Assembly: GCA_000002445.1 (NCBI GenBank)
Contig: CM000208.1
Location: forward strand, 2,016,001 to 2,080,000
DNA: 64,000 bases
Direction of reading: 5' to 3'
Source: Trypanosoma brucei
Taxonomy: Eukaryota
Under the pieces are notes generated by a model. It made no database searches, was not told the DNA's origin, and saw nothing but the letters and a program-made list of their open reading frames with translations. Position 1 is the first letter of the stretch; the number at the start of each line of letters is the position of its first letter. The position numbers were made by a program, and so were the translations under genes. Shown here piece by piece: positions 11,569 to 21,797 of the stretch.

Positions 11569-13791
11569 TTACTGCCCTCCTCTAGCACGACCACGCCCCC
11601 GGCCGCGCCCGTAGTCTGCTGCGCCACGGAAGTCGCTGCCACCTCCGCGTCCAAAACCTCGTCCCCCACGCATATACCCCTGGCCCCGTCCTCCACGGAA
11701 ATCGTTGCCATGCCCGCCCTTCTCGCAGTAGTGGGCAATATTTTCCACACTTCTCGCAGTAGCCTCCACCAGGTACTGCAGGCGTGAAATGTTGCTTCTA
11801 TCCACGTGAAGGTACTGATCATCTCTGTCCCACACAGCAATGAGGGGGGTGTTATTTTCTGATATAATACCGTTAATGACATGCTTAACTGTGCTCTCAG
11901 TTATATCAAACTTCTTGGCCATAATCTCCACGGATATCGTCGCAAAGCTACGCCTGCTGTTGTAACAGAATATCTGTAGGGCTGCTTCCTTCAAACGTTG
12001 TAGAAATGTGTCTCGTGCCTCAGTACCTCTCGGCATGTTATCCCAGACCTTCATGTTTTTGATAACTTCACTTGAGCGCGCATAATCACCCAGCTTCAAG
12101 GCAGTGTAAGCAGCTGTTATTTGCTCTCTGAACTCGATAGGCTCGCCCAGGAGTGGCTGAAACTGCATCTGATTTATTACACGGTAGAAATAGCGGTGAT
12201 GGTGTGTAACCTCGTAGGGCTTTTTTGCTTCGTCCACTGTGCCGACTACAAGCGTTGAAAGCATCGTTGCAAGCTCCAGCTGACTATAAGGGATGTGGGC
12301 GTGTGGAGGCAGTAGTAAATCACGGTACCTCAACTCCTCATCCCCCTTCTCATCTTTTAAATTCGGCAGCTTTTGGCCTATCAATACCTCAGGACCTTCC
12401 CACGAATTCCATAAAGGACTCAGGAGCTCATACGCTTGCATGATGTCACCCATAATGAAGGATGCCAAACCCAGTTGTGCGACAGCTCTGTTATAGAGGA
12501 CAGAATTATGGTTGGAGTTGCACAGCTTCTCTGCCCCACCAGAGCGTCGTATGAGATCCCGTCCCTCCCGGTACTTCCCTTCTAGTCCCATTTGGTAAAC
12601 CAAATGAAGCAGAGCAAGTGATTTGGACTCGTCATCACCGATGAGGAGGAGTTGCTCGTAGAGCGATCGCACTGTCTCAATAACACTGTCACTGACGGCC
12701 TCACGCTGTCCCGGAGGCATCTTGCCAAACAAAATCTCGTGGGCCTCCTGTCTCCTTGACCCAAGGATGTCAACAAGAATCTGGCAACAAACCGCTCTGC
12801 CGCGGCTGTTATCCCTATAATAGCCGAAGAGAGCGTCAGCAATAGCCACCAGCCGGTTCTCCAAGTGAACAATCTCGATATAGTCGGATGGAATACCGTC
12901 TTTAAATTGCGTAATGCGTCGCAGGTGTTTGCTGAGACTCTGCAACAGAGCATGCAACCCACCCTTAATGAATGCATCCCTTTTGTTGAGCTTGTCGGAA
13001 AATTTGTCCGATAGCCTTATTCCGGGATTTTCAACTATCAGACCGAAGCATTCCTCCAACGTATCACAGGATTTTGCCCACGTTTTGGTACTGACGTAGA
13101 CCTCGCGATTATCCTCTTCGAGAAGGGCATCCGCAACGATACCACATGTCGTGATCTGCAGTGCCTTATACCCTTTCCTTTTGCATTCGTTAGCAAGCTT
13201 ACGGTATTTGGACGCTTTCTTACCGGTACACGTCACGGACTCCCGCAGTTGCTTTACAATGTCGTCTTCAGTTAATTCCTTTTCCGCCTCCTCCTCGTCA
13301 CCTTCATCACCATCTTCTTCGTCGTACAAACGTTCAATATCGTCCTTGTACGTCTCCATCGCTTCTTCAACAGCCTTGATCAGCCCCTTGAGGGAACGAA
13401 ACTCCTCTGGCTTTGCAAATGATTCTCTCTCGGATAGGTGTGTCTTGAGATCTGGAGTGTTTCGGAGGCACTCCAGGAATGGGAAAGGTGTCGACTGAAA
13501 TCTCCGCTTGTGGATATCCGATTTCTCGCGAAGCTCTTTGAATGATTGCTCCGCTCCGACCCATGTCCCCTGATCAACGTTGAAGTCAAAAACATCGGCG
13601 TTTGTCTGTATTTCGTTCAATGACTTCTCACGCCGAGAAAGGACGACACGCTGTTCCTCTGCAGCTTCATCATCGGTTATTTCGAACCATTTTGGATCGA
13701 TCTGGGCGGTGTTCCTTTCTACCTGATCGTCGCGCTGGATAACTTCGTCGATACTTTCGTCACTGTCACTTACGTTAAAGAAATCCGCCAT
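11569..13791 (-). CDS. EIF3C: Translation initiation factor eIF3 subunit c (PCI domain, C-terminal RGG-repeat tail), copy A
   Basis: 740 aa. PCI-type C-terminal region (FATISVEIMAKKFDITESTVKHVINGIISENNTPLIAVWDRDDQYLHVD). Tail GGRGQGYMRGGRGFGRGGGSDFRGAADYGRGRGRGRARGGQ. Length and architecture of trypanosomatid eIF3c (recall). Confidence 0.65.
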   Translation of the reverse strand: MADFFNVSDSDESIDEVIQRDDQVERNTAQIDPKWFEITDDEAAEEQRVVLSRREKSLNEIQTNADVFDFNVDQGTWVGAEQSFKELREKSDIHKRRFQSTPFPFLECLRNTPDLKTHLSERESFAKPEEFRSLKGLIKAVEEAMETYKDDIERLYDEEDGDEGDEEEAEKELTEDDIVKQLRESVTCTGKKASKYRKLANECKRKGYKALQITTCGIVADALLEEDNREVYVSTKTWAKSCDTLEECFGLIVENPGIRLSDKFSDKLNKRDAFIKGGLHALLQSLSKHLRRITQFKDGIPSDYIEIVHLENRLVAIADALFGYYRDNSRGRAVCCQILVDILGSRRQEAHEILFGKMPPGQREAVSDSVIETVRSLYEQLLLIGDDESKSLALLHLVYQMGLEGKYREGRDLIRRSGGAEKLCNSNHNSVLYNRAVAQLGLASFIMGDIMQAYELLSPLWNSWEGPEVLIGQKLPNLKDEKGDEELRYRDLLLPPHAHIPYSQLELATMLSTLVVGTVDEAKKPYEVTHHHRYFYRVINQMQFQPLLGEPIEFREQITAAYTALKLGDYARSSEVIKNMKVWDNMPRGTEARDTFLQRLKEAALQIFCYNSRRSFATISVEIMAKKFDITESTVKHVINGIISENNTPLIAVWDRDDQYLHVDRSNISRLQYLVEATARSVENIAHYCEKGGHGNDFRGGRGQGYMRGGRGFGRGGGSDFRGAADYGRGRGRGRARGGQ

Positions 13792-14527
13792 TTTACCTGA
13801 AAGCTCGATGCTGCTAAGATACCTGCGGTGTACATGCGGATGAGAAAAGGAGGTGAGAACAAAAAGAACAATTGAGGAAAATAATGTATCCGCGCATGAT
13901 AAGCGGGGGCTTGCTCAACCACCGGAGCGAGGTTAGCCACAACGATACTTAACGCATGTTGATATTAAAAAAAGGAGACAGAAAACAAGTAAGCGAATAA
14001 TCTGTTGAGAGAATATGCTCCCGTGTTTTTTTTCCAATTTGGCTTCCTCTCAGCTTCAATGATGGTGTCGACTCCCATAGTCCAAGCATCTTCAACTTGC
14101 AAAAGGTTAGTCATAAGAATATGGTCACTTACGGTAATCTCAGTCATCAACTTCAGTTTCAAAAGGCCTTCCAGCTGCAGCGGTACGAATATCTCTGCTG
14201 ATCCTGAGGCCCCTGGCACTCTCGCCATGCGTGTGTGTTGTCACTGCGACACCCGCGCTACATACAGCACCTGCTCCGCATGAGGGCTGTGACGTAGCCA
14301 TAAAGCGTAACGAGTGTGCGAGCTTGTCGAGAAAGGCGCATAGTTTTGCAAGTATGATGTCCGTTCTCTCAACTGCGGTCCAGTTTTTCTCCTGCATGTC
14401 CTGAATCTCTTTCAACATTTCATCAAGATGCATTGTGAGCTGCGGGTGAAAGAACAGGGGAAATGGTAACAAAAAATTAAAGGCGTCTAAGAAAAAGCAC
14501 AGTTATTGGCTTACCATTATAACCAAT

Positions 14528-14992
14528 CTATCCGTCAAACATCCTTTTTATTTTGGTGGAAATATGTTCATTAGCAAACGAAACAACGGCCGCATTCGCA
14601 CCAACAATCTGATGCTGCTCAACGCCTTTGACATGTCTCAAATTTAACTCAACCCATAAAGAAGTGGCCCCACGTATAATGACGAACCGGGATGGTCTGT
14701 GCGTCACACTGCACCCTGGTACCTCAGAAACAGGAGGCACAGTAATGCTCACTCGTATCGTTTCACCAAATAGTAAAAACCCGTTCATTTTTATGTAAGC
14801 CTCTTGAGCAGACACAGATTCCGCGTAAGTCACCAGTGCCTCACCTACGTCGACATCCAAGAGAACGTCATACAACGACCCGAGTTCCCCAAAGCAGCGT
14901 AGGAGTGCTAATCTGCAAAACTCTACACCAAATGTAAACTTTAAACCCTGAACGCGAAGCGCCTCCATCACTCCCCCATCAAGGCATAACAA
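14528..14992 (-). CDS. Small RRM-like protein, hypothetical, copy A (154 aa, ends at a TAG that is CAG in copy B)
   Basis: LRVQGLKF (RNP2-like) ... GEALVTYAESVSAQEAYIKMNGFLLFGETIRVS (RNP1-like region). Confidence 0.3.
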   Translation of the reverse strand: MLCLDGGVMEALRVQGLKFTFGVEFCRLALLRCFGELGSLYDVLLDVDVGEALVTYAESVSAQEAYIKMNGFLLFGETIRVSITVPPVSEVPGCSVTHRPSRFVIIRGATSLWVELNLRHVKGVEQHQIVGANAAVVSFANEHISTKIKRMFDG

Positions 14993-15212
14993 TGGAAAAG
15001 TGGTTTAATCTAAAGTAATACCAACAAATAGGCAGCAAAGCAAGAGGCGAAAGTTAATACAGCAGTTCCAGCACAAATACATAATATATCAACAACTAAA
15101 CCAGTAACATAAACAGATAATTTACGGTCATAAACATATGATTAGCAGTCGGTTAGCGTAATTACGTTTAATATTTAAAGTAGAGCTGTAACAACTTAAG
15201 TGATTGCTTTAC

Positions 15213-17435
15213 TTACTGCCCTCCCCTAGCACGACCACGCCCCCGGCCGCGCCCGTAGTCTGCTGCGCCACGGAAGTCGCTGCCACCTCCGCGTCCAAAA
15301 CCTCGTCCCCCACGCATATACCCCTGGCCCCGTCCTCCACGGAAATCGTTGCCATGCCCGCCCTTCTCGCAGTAGTGGGCAATATTTTCCACACTTCTCG
15401 CAGTAGCCTCCACCAGGTACTGCAGGCGTGAAATGTTGCTTCTATCCACGTGAAGGTACTGATCATCTCTGTCCCACACAGCAATGAGGGGGGTGTTATT
15501 TTCTGATATAATACCGTTAATGACATGCTTAACTGTGCTCTCAGTTATATCAAACTTCTTGGCCATAATCTCCACGGATATCGTCGCAAAGCTACGCCTG
15601 CTGTTGTAACAGAATATCTGTAGGGCTGCTTCCTTCAAACGTTGTAGAAATGTGTCTCGTGCCTCAGTACCTCTCGGCATGTTATCCCAGACCTTCATGT
15701 TTTTGATAACTTCACTTGAGCGCGCATAATCACCCAGCTTCAAGGCAGTGTAAGCAGCTGTTATTTGCTCTCTGAACTCGATAGGCTCGCCCAGGAGTGG
15801 CTGAAACTGCATCTGATTTATTACACGGTAGAAATAGCGGTGATGGTGTGTAACCTCGTAGGGCTTTTTTGCTTCGTCCACTGTGCCGACTACAAGCGTT
15901 GAAAGCATCGTTGCAAGCTCCAGCTGACTATAAGGGATGTGGGCGTGTGGAGGCAGTAGTAAATCACGGTACCTCAACTCCTCATCCCCCTTCTCATCTT
16001 TTAAATTCGGCAGCTTTTGGCCTATCAATACCTCAGGACCTTCCCACGAATTCCATAAAGGACTCAGGAGCTCATACGCTTGCATGATGTCACCCATAAT
16101 GAAGGATGCCAAACCCAGTTGTGCGACAGCTCTGTTATAGAGGACAGAATTATGGTTGGAGTTGCACAGCTTCTCTGCCCCACCAGAGCGTCGTATGAGA
16201 TCCCGTCCCTCCCGGTACTTCCCTTCTAGTCCCATTTGGTAAACCAAATGAAGCAGAGCAAGTGATTTGGACTCGTCATCACCGATGAGGAGGAGTTGCT
16301 CGTAGAGCGATCGCACTGTCTCAATAACACTGTCACTGACGGCCTCACGCTGTCCCGGAGGCATCTTGCCAAACAAAATCTCGTGGGCCTCCTGTCTCCT
16401 TGACCCAAGGATGTCAACAAGAATCTGGCAACAAACCGCTCTGCCGCGGCTGTTATCCCTATAATAGCCGAAGAGAGCGTCAGCAATAGCCACCAGCCGG
16501 TTCTCCAAGTGAACAATCTCGATATAGTCGGATGGAATACCGTCTTTAAATTGCGTAATGCGTCGCAGGTGTTTGCTGAGACTCTGCAACAGAGCATGCA
16601 ACCCACCCTTAATGAATGCATCCCTTTTGTTGAGCTTGTCGGAAAATTTGTCCGATAGCCTTATTCCGGGATTTTCAACTATCAGACCGAAGCATTCCTC
16701 CAACGTATCACAGGATTTTGCCCACGTTTTGGTACTGACGTAGACCTCGCGATTATCCTCTTCGAGAAGGGCATCCGCAACGATACCACATGTCGTGATC
16801 TGCAGTGCCTTATACCCTTTCCTTTTGCATTCGTTAGCAAGCTTACGGTATTTGGACGCTTTCTTACCGGTACACGTCACGGACTCCCGCAGTTGCTTTA
16901 CAATGTCGTCTTCAGTTAATTCCTTTTCCGCCTCCTCCTCGTCACCTTCATCACCATCTTCTTCGTCGTACAAACGTTCAATATCGTCCTTGTACGTCTC
17001 CATCGCTTCTTCAACAGCCTTGATCAGCCCCTTGAGGGAACGAAACTCCTCTGGCTTTGCAAATGATTCTCTCTCGGATAGGTGTGTCTTGAGATCTGGA
17101 GTGTTTCGGAGGCACTCCAGGAATGGGAAAGGTGTCGACTGAAATCTCCGCTTGTGGATATCCGATTTCTCGCGAAGCTCTTTGAATGATTGCTCCGCTC
17201 CGACCCATGTCCCCTGATCAACGTTGAAGTCAAAAACATCGGCGTTTGTCTGTATTTCGTTCAATGACTTCTCACGCCGAGAAAGGACGACACGCTGTTC
17301 CTCTGCAGCTTCATCATCGGTTATTTCGAACCATTTTGGATCGATCTGGGCGGTGTTCCTTTCTACCTGATCGTCGCGCTGGATAACTTCGTCGATACTT
17401 TCGTCACTGTCACTTACGTTAAAGAAATCCGCCAT
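15213..17435 (-). CDS. EIF3C: Translation initiation factor eIF3 subunit c, copy B (identical protein to copy A)
   Basis: 100% identical 740-aa translation. One synonymous difference near the stop (AGA vs AGG Arg; 11581 t vs 15225 c). Confidence 0.65.
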   Translation of the reverse strand: MADFFNVSDSDESIDEVIQRDDQVERNTAQIDPKWFEITDDEAAEEQRVVLSRREKSLNEIQTNADVFDFNVDQGTWVGAEQSFKELREKSDIHKRRFQSTPFPFLECLRNTPDLKTHLSERESFAKPEEFRSLKGLIKAVEEAMETYKDDIERLYDEEDGDEGDEEEAEKELTEDDIVKQLRESVTCTGKKASKYRKLANECKRKGYKALQITTCGIVADALLEEDNREVYVSTKTWAKSCDTLEECFGLIVENPGIRLSDKFSDKLNKRDAFIKGGLHALLQSLSKHLRRITQFKDGIPSDYIEIVHLENRLVAIADALFGYYRDNSRGRAVCCQILVDILGSRRQEAHEILFGKMPPGQREAVSDSVIETVRSLYEQLLLIGDDESKSLALLHLVYQMGLEGKYREGRDLIRRSGGAEKLCNSNHNSVLYNRAVAQLGLASFIMGDIMQAYELLSPLWNSWEGPEVLIGQKLPNLKDEKGDEELRYRDLLLPPHAHIPYSQLELATMLSTLVVGTVDEAKKPYEVTHHHRYFYRVINQMQFQPLLGEPIEFREQITAAYTALKLGDYARSSEVIKNMKVWDNMPRGTEARDTFLQRLKEAALQIFCYNSRRSFATISVEIMAKKFDITESTVKHVINGIISENNTPLIAVWDRDDQYLHVDRSNISRLQYLVEATARSVENIAHYCEKGGHGNDFRGGRGQGYMRGGRGFGRGGGSDFRGAADYGRGRGRGRARGGQ

Positions 17436-18121
17436 TTTACCTGAAAGCTCGATGCTGCTAAGATACCTGCGGTGTACATGCGGATGAGAAAAGGAGGTGA
17501 GAACAAAAAGAACAATTGAGGAAAATAATGTATCCGCGCATGATAAGCGGGGGCTTGCTCAACCACCGGAGCGAGGTTAGCCACAACGATACTTAACGCA
17601 TGTTGATATTAAAAAAAGGAGACAGAAAACAAGTAAGCGAATAATCTGTTGAGAGAATATGCTCCCGTGTTTTTTTTTCCAATTTGGCTTCCTCTCAGCT
17701 TCAATGATGGTGTCGACTCCCATAGTCCAAGCATCTTCAACTTGCAAAAGGTTAGTCATAAGAATATGGTCACTTACGGTAATCTCAGTCATCAACTTCA
17801 GTTTCAAAAGGCCTTCCAGCTGCAGCGGTACGAATATCTCTGCTGATCCTGAGGCCCCTGGCACTCTCGCCATGCGTGTGTGTTGTCACTGCGACACCCG
17901 CGCTACATACAGCACCTGCTCCGCATGAGGGCTGTGACGTAGCCATAAAGCGTAACGAGTGTGCGAGCTTGTCGAGAAAGGCGCATAGTTTTGCAAGTAT
18001 GATGTCCGTTCTCTCAACTGCGGTCCAGTTTTTCTCCTGCATGTCCTGAATCTCTTTCAACATTTCATCAAGATGCATTGTGAGCTGCGGGTGAAAGAAC
18101 AGGGGAAATGGTAACAAAAAA

Positions 18122-18637
18122 TTAAAGGCGTCTAAGAAAAAGCACAGTTATTGGCTTACCATTATAACCAATCTGTCCGTCAAACATCCTTTTTATTTTG
18201 GTGGAAATATGTTCATTAGCAAACGAAACAACGGCCGCATTCGCACCAACAATCTGATGCTGCTCAACGCCTTTGACATGTCTCAAATTTAACTCAACCC
18301 ATAAAGAAGTGGCCCCGCGTATAATGACGAACCGGGATGGTCTGTGCGTCACACTGCACCCTGGTACCTCAGAAACAGGAGGCACAGTAATGCTCACTCG
18401 TATCGTTTCACCAAATAGTAAAAACCCGTTCATTTTTATGTAAGCCTCTTGAGCAGACACAGATTCCGCGTAAGTCACCAGTGCCTCACCTACGTCGACA
18501 TCCAAGAGAACGTCATACAACGACCCGAGTTCCCCAAAGCAGCGTAGGAGTGCTAATCTGCAAAACTCTACACCAAATGTAAACTTTAAACCCTGAACGC
18601 GAAGCGCCTCCATCACTCCCCCATCAAGGCATAACAA
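18122..18637 (-). CDS. Small RRM-like protein, hypothetical, copy B (171 aa, 17-aa C-terminal extension relative to copy A)
   Basis: Same sequence as 14528-14992 but codon CAG (18168-18170 complement) replaces the TAG stop, adding QIGYNGKPITVLFLRRL. Confidence 0.3.
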   Translation of the reverse strand: MLCLDGGVMEALRVQGLKFTFGVEFCRLALLRCFGELGSLYDVLLDVDVGEALVTYAESVSAQEAYIKMNGFLLFGETIRVSITVPPVSEVPGCSVTHRPSRFVIIRGATSLWVELNLRHVKGVEQHQIVGANAAVVSFANEHISTKIKRMFDGQIGYNGKPITVLFLRRL

Positions 18638-18869
18638 TGGAAAAGTGGTTTAATCTAAAGTAATACCAACAAATAGGCAGCAAAGCAAGAGGCGAAAGTT
18701 AATACAGCAGTTCCAGCACAAATACATAATATATCAACAACTAAACCAGTAACATAAACAGATAATTTACGGTCATAAACATATGATTAGCAGTCGGTTA
18801 GCGTAATTACGTTTAATATGTTAGAAGATGATATGCCAAGTAAGAAACAGGTGAAAAACACTGGTTACG

Positions 18870-19721
18870 TTATGATAGCGGCACCCATAGTAACAATTTG
18901 TTGTTGAGTCTTTTTGTTTTTTCTGATTCGTTGATAGCTGATTGGGGGACAGTTATGAAAGTTGTGCCATCAGGGGCGGAAAAGACGACTCCAAGATGAT
19001 GAAGGGCAAGGGCAGTATCTTCAATGTTTATCGCCGATTTCGATGAAATTGTACGTAGTGTTAGGGGTAGTCGTTCCTTATGTATTGCAAACATGGCTCT
19101 TAACAATTCCTCACGCCATATTCTGGAGAATATACGCTTTCCTCCGGTGCTTAACGGTCTTTCAGGTGTTCCAGCTATTCCCTCAATCTTAGCCATTTCA
19201 TACGATAATTCTACAAGAAGTGAACCATAACCCTTTGATCGGTACGGTGGCAACACCATTAGGCACGAAAGTGTGTTTGTGCAAGATAGTGTTTTTCTCC
19301 ATTCCTTGCTGAAGTATCCTGCAAAATGATAACCATAATCATCTAATTCAAAAATAACTATGAATGCGAAAAAATGTAGGTCATCTAAAGTAGTTTTTTC
19401 ATCCAAAAAGAATTTGGATAGATAGGCAATCCTCCTTGTGAAGGAACTACAGACCGCTTTCCGCCCGTCGATCTCCATAATGACGCACTTCCGTTCGTCG
19501 CATCGATATATTTCATCACCAGGAATCCAGTAGCGATAAGTACATATTTCAGCGTGCTTAATGAGGTCAGGCAGCGAGGAGAACTGCGAAAGACAAGCTT
19601 CACATAAGAAAATTTTTTCAGTGTCCTTTATAGCTTGCTGGACGAAACCTGTAACGGAATGTGCCTGATATTCCCGAAACAGCGTTTTGATGACAGTGTC
19701 TCCCGACCTCTGTCGTTTCAT
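18870..19721 (-). CDS. HAT3: MYST-family histone acetyltransferase (283 aa)
   Basis: C2HC MYST zinc finger LCEACLSQFSSLPDLIKHAEIC. Acetyl-CoA-binding motif YRSKGYGSLLVELSYEMAK (compare QRKGYGKLLIEFSYELSK). Short catalytic-domain-only protein as in trypanosome HATs. Symbol by recall of chr10 HAT3; family call is firm. Confidence 0.75.
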   Translation of the reverse strand: MKRQRSGDTVIKTLFREYQAHSVTGFVQQAIKDTEKIFLCEACLSQFSSLPDLIKHAEICTYRYWIPGDEIYRCDERKCVIMEIDGRKAVCSSFTRRIAYLSKFFLDEKTTLDDLHFFAFIVIFELDDYGYHFAGYFSKEWRKTLSCTNTLSCLMVLPPYRSKGYGSLLVELSYEMAKIEGIAGTPERPLSTGGKRIFSRIWREELLRAMFAIHKERLPLTLRTISSKSAINIEDTALALHHLGVVFSAPDGTTFITVPQSAINESEKTKRLNNKLLLWVPLS

Positions 19722-19775
19722 TCCACCTATACGGAAGGGAATTAATCAGAGACGATAAAGGGTAAGGGGGGGGGG

Positions 19776-19786
19776 GAAATATACTC
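19776..19786 (+). repeat. G11 homopolymer run in the intergenic region just upstream of the HAT start
   Basis: ggtaagggggggggggggaaat read directly. Confidence 0.9.
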
Positions 19787-20168
19787 GTGCAATGTGTAAA
19801 ATATTCACCAAATTAAAGTACAATGGGCTAAGGCAAATCAGGGAAAACATTCACGTTAGCGCCCTAGAAAACAGAAATAAAAATACCTAGCCCAAACAAT
19901 ACCCTCCACTACGCACCATTTCCACCTCGGTATCCTAATAAATCGATAGCATGTATATACTTAGGGGATGCACAAACCAACCAGCATAACACAGATGCCT
20001 GCGAGGAAAAAATAATAACAATAATCGTTACATCGCCTCCTATTCTTCATATATACATATGTTATATATAATAGACTGTGTTTGAACGCAAATAATAAAT
20101 AGACTGCTGTAACACTCCTACGAACCATACCATTAATCCCTGTTTCTTTTTTCCCTTCTACTGGGGTA

Positions 20169-20543
20169 CTAGTGGTGACCCAGATCCACAGCTCCTGGAG
20201 CTGGTCTCAGAGTTGCCGGACCAGCCGCATAACCTTCACCAATATCGAAGGCAAAATCCCACGGTTTCCGATCCTGTTTACGCCACCCATAGTCGAGGTG
20301 GCTAGGTCCACCACCAGCAATATCATCAAGTTTGGCCCAAAAACCATCGTACATAATAGAACCAATCACCAAAAAAGGTCCAGTGGTGCACAATAACGTC
20401 CAATAATTTTGACCTGGCTTGTGATAAACTTCACTGGTCCAATATCCTACTCCACGGAGACCAAAGTTTGGACGCGCCTTTGCCTTCGCGTTGAACGCGT
20501 TTATGTACGTTCGTCTACTGGTTCTCAGCGCACAGGAGAACAT
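20169..20543 (-). CDS. Small hypothetical protein (124 aa), W/Y/G-rich
   Basis: ORF in transcription-unit orientation with non-random composition (GVGYWTSEVYHKPGQNYWTLLCTTGPFLVIGSIMYDGFWAKL). No motif recognised. Confidence 0.3.
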   Translation of the reverse strand: MFSCALRTSRRTYINAFNAKAKARPNFGLRGVGYWTSEVYHKPGQNYWTLLCTTGPFLVIGSIMYDGFWAKLDDIAGGGPSHLDYGWRKQDRKPWDFAFDIGEGYAAGPATLRPAPGAVDLGHH

Positions 20544-21089
20544 TAATTAAAGGATATAAATTATTGCCACTACCTTCCTATATGCCCTCAATGTAGTCTT
20601 TGTGAGTTCAAAGTTAGCACTTTAGCACACAAGTGAAAAATAAACGATCAGAAATTACAACGAGACCCAGTGGCAAAAGATACATGCAAGTATTCGCACG
20701 CATACATCCGTGGTGCGAAAGAATTTCAAACTGATGGACACGCAAACTTGCGTGCCTGAAGGTAGATGTTAAATTTGGATTGTCTATACTTAAAACTGTA
20801 TCCGAAGATAATAAGAGGGGGTATATTAAAAACATCTAATGAAGAAAAACATCTCTATATGCAACCAGGTTCTTGGGGCAAATTTTAGTTTGCTCGCTCA
20901 AGAACACACGGACAAACTGATTGATGTTGGGTGGCAAATGGTAATAATCATCATTGCGAGTATCAACCCTTTCTCCCACGTATTCATCACAGTTGCCATA
21001 ATGAAACAATAAACCAACATAAAAATAAACAAACGACAGGTTTCTATTTTCTAACTTGAGTGACCCATTCTCCTTTTTTTTCATTTTCA

Positions 21090-21797
21090 CTAGTTATAAG
21101 TCCTTACTTTTTCCATCCAAATGCGGCACCCAAACTCTCTGTAAAGTTCCTTAAGCAGTTGAACGAAATCTATACGCGCCTTGGCGGTATAGTAAAACGT
21201 GAGTTTCTTTTTGTCAAACTGATATTCAGCATGGCGGATCTCCATATCAAATCTGTGACGATGGACTCTCCGTTGGCAGTAAGTAACGGCAATAGCTTCT
21301 TGCTCTTTCAGGTCAATAGCCCAGTAGTCCACTTCCTGTTGCGTTGCGTACCGCAAAATGTTGCCTGTTGGTCCAGAACGCTCCACATAGGTCTTGCAAG
21401 AATCCGTATTTACCCGAATGACAACACCGACATCAATTCCTCTGTCACCTTCCACAACGACATATTGGCCTTTCCCAACCAGAATAGGAGAAGAAAACTC
21501 TTTTTGATGACATTTAAACTGCACTAGGGCGCTGCATACAGGCGCCGTGGCAGGTGATGCCGGAGCTTCATCCCCGTCGTGTAAATTTTCTGGTTCGTTT
21601 AAATTTTTCGACGAAAACATTATATCCGGGAAAGCAATTGCGGTTGCGGGGAGCGTTGGTTGGATAAGGCATTTCCACCCGTATGGGTCATGGCGGATTA
21701 CGGAAGGCCTTGTCGTATGAAGAACAACGCCGGCTTTATGTTCCTTCCCATTGTGAGAAGCCTGAACGTTAGTAACATCTGCAAGTAAACTGGCCAT
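21090..21797 (-). CDS. PSP1 C-terminal domain protein (235 aa). First gene of the leftward transcription unit
   Basis: GQYVVVEGDRGIDVGVVIRV ... ILRYATQQEVD ... EFGCRIWM resemble the conserved PSP1 C-terminal region blocks. Confidence 0.5.
   Translation of the reverse strand: MASLLADVTNVQASHNGKEHKAGVVLHTTRPSVIRHDPYGWKCLIQPTLPATAIAFPDIMFSSKNLNEPENLHDGDEAPASPATAPVCSALVQFKCHQKEFSSPILVGKGQYVVVEGDRGIDVGVVIRVNTDSCKTYVERSGPTGNILRYATQQEVDYWAIDLKEQEAIAVTYCQRRVHRHRFDMEIRHAEYQFDKKKLTFYYTAKARIDFVQLLKELYREFGCRIWMEKVRTYN

Larger units (their letters stand above)
11549..18818. repeat. Tandem direct duplication. Unit 1 is 11549-15174 and unit 2 is 15193-18818 (3.64 kb each, 18-bp spacer), >99.9% identical
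   Basis: Identical ORF sets at a +3644 offset: 740-aa ORFs 11569-13791 and 15213-17435 are identical protein sequences. Homology begins at aacttaagtgattgctttacttactgccctcc and ends at ...gcgtaattacgtttaatat. Confidence 0.9.

Noticed and set aside
11565-11882. Alternative-frame and antisense ORFs overlapping eIF3c, KREPA2, TOR1 and the HECT gene (e.g. 11565-11882, 2933-3394, 47105-47447)
   Set aside because: They lie inside much longer, motif-bearing ORFs and have Arg/Ser/Pro-skewed composition typical of out-of-frame translation of GC-rich codons.
13965-14472. Two ORFs (13965-14228, 14140-14472) between eIF3c and the small RRM-like gene, duplicated in unit 2
   Set aside because: They overlap each other in different frames. 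The C-terminus of one is destroyed by a homopolymer length change between the duplicate units. Likely 3' UTR / 5' UTR sequence.
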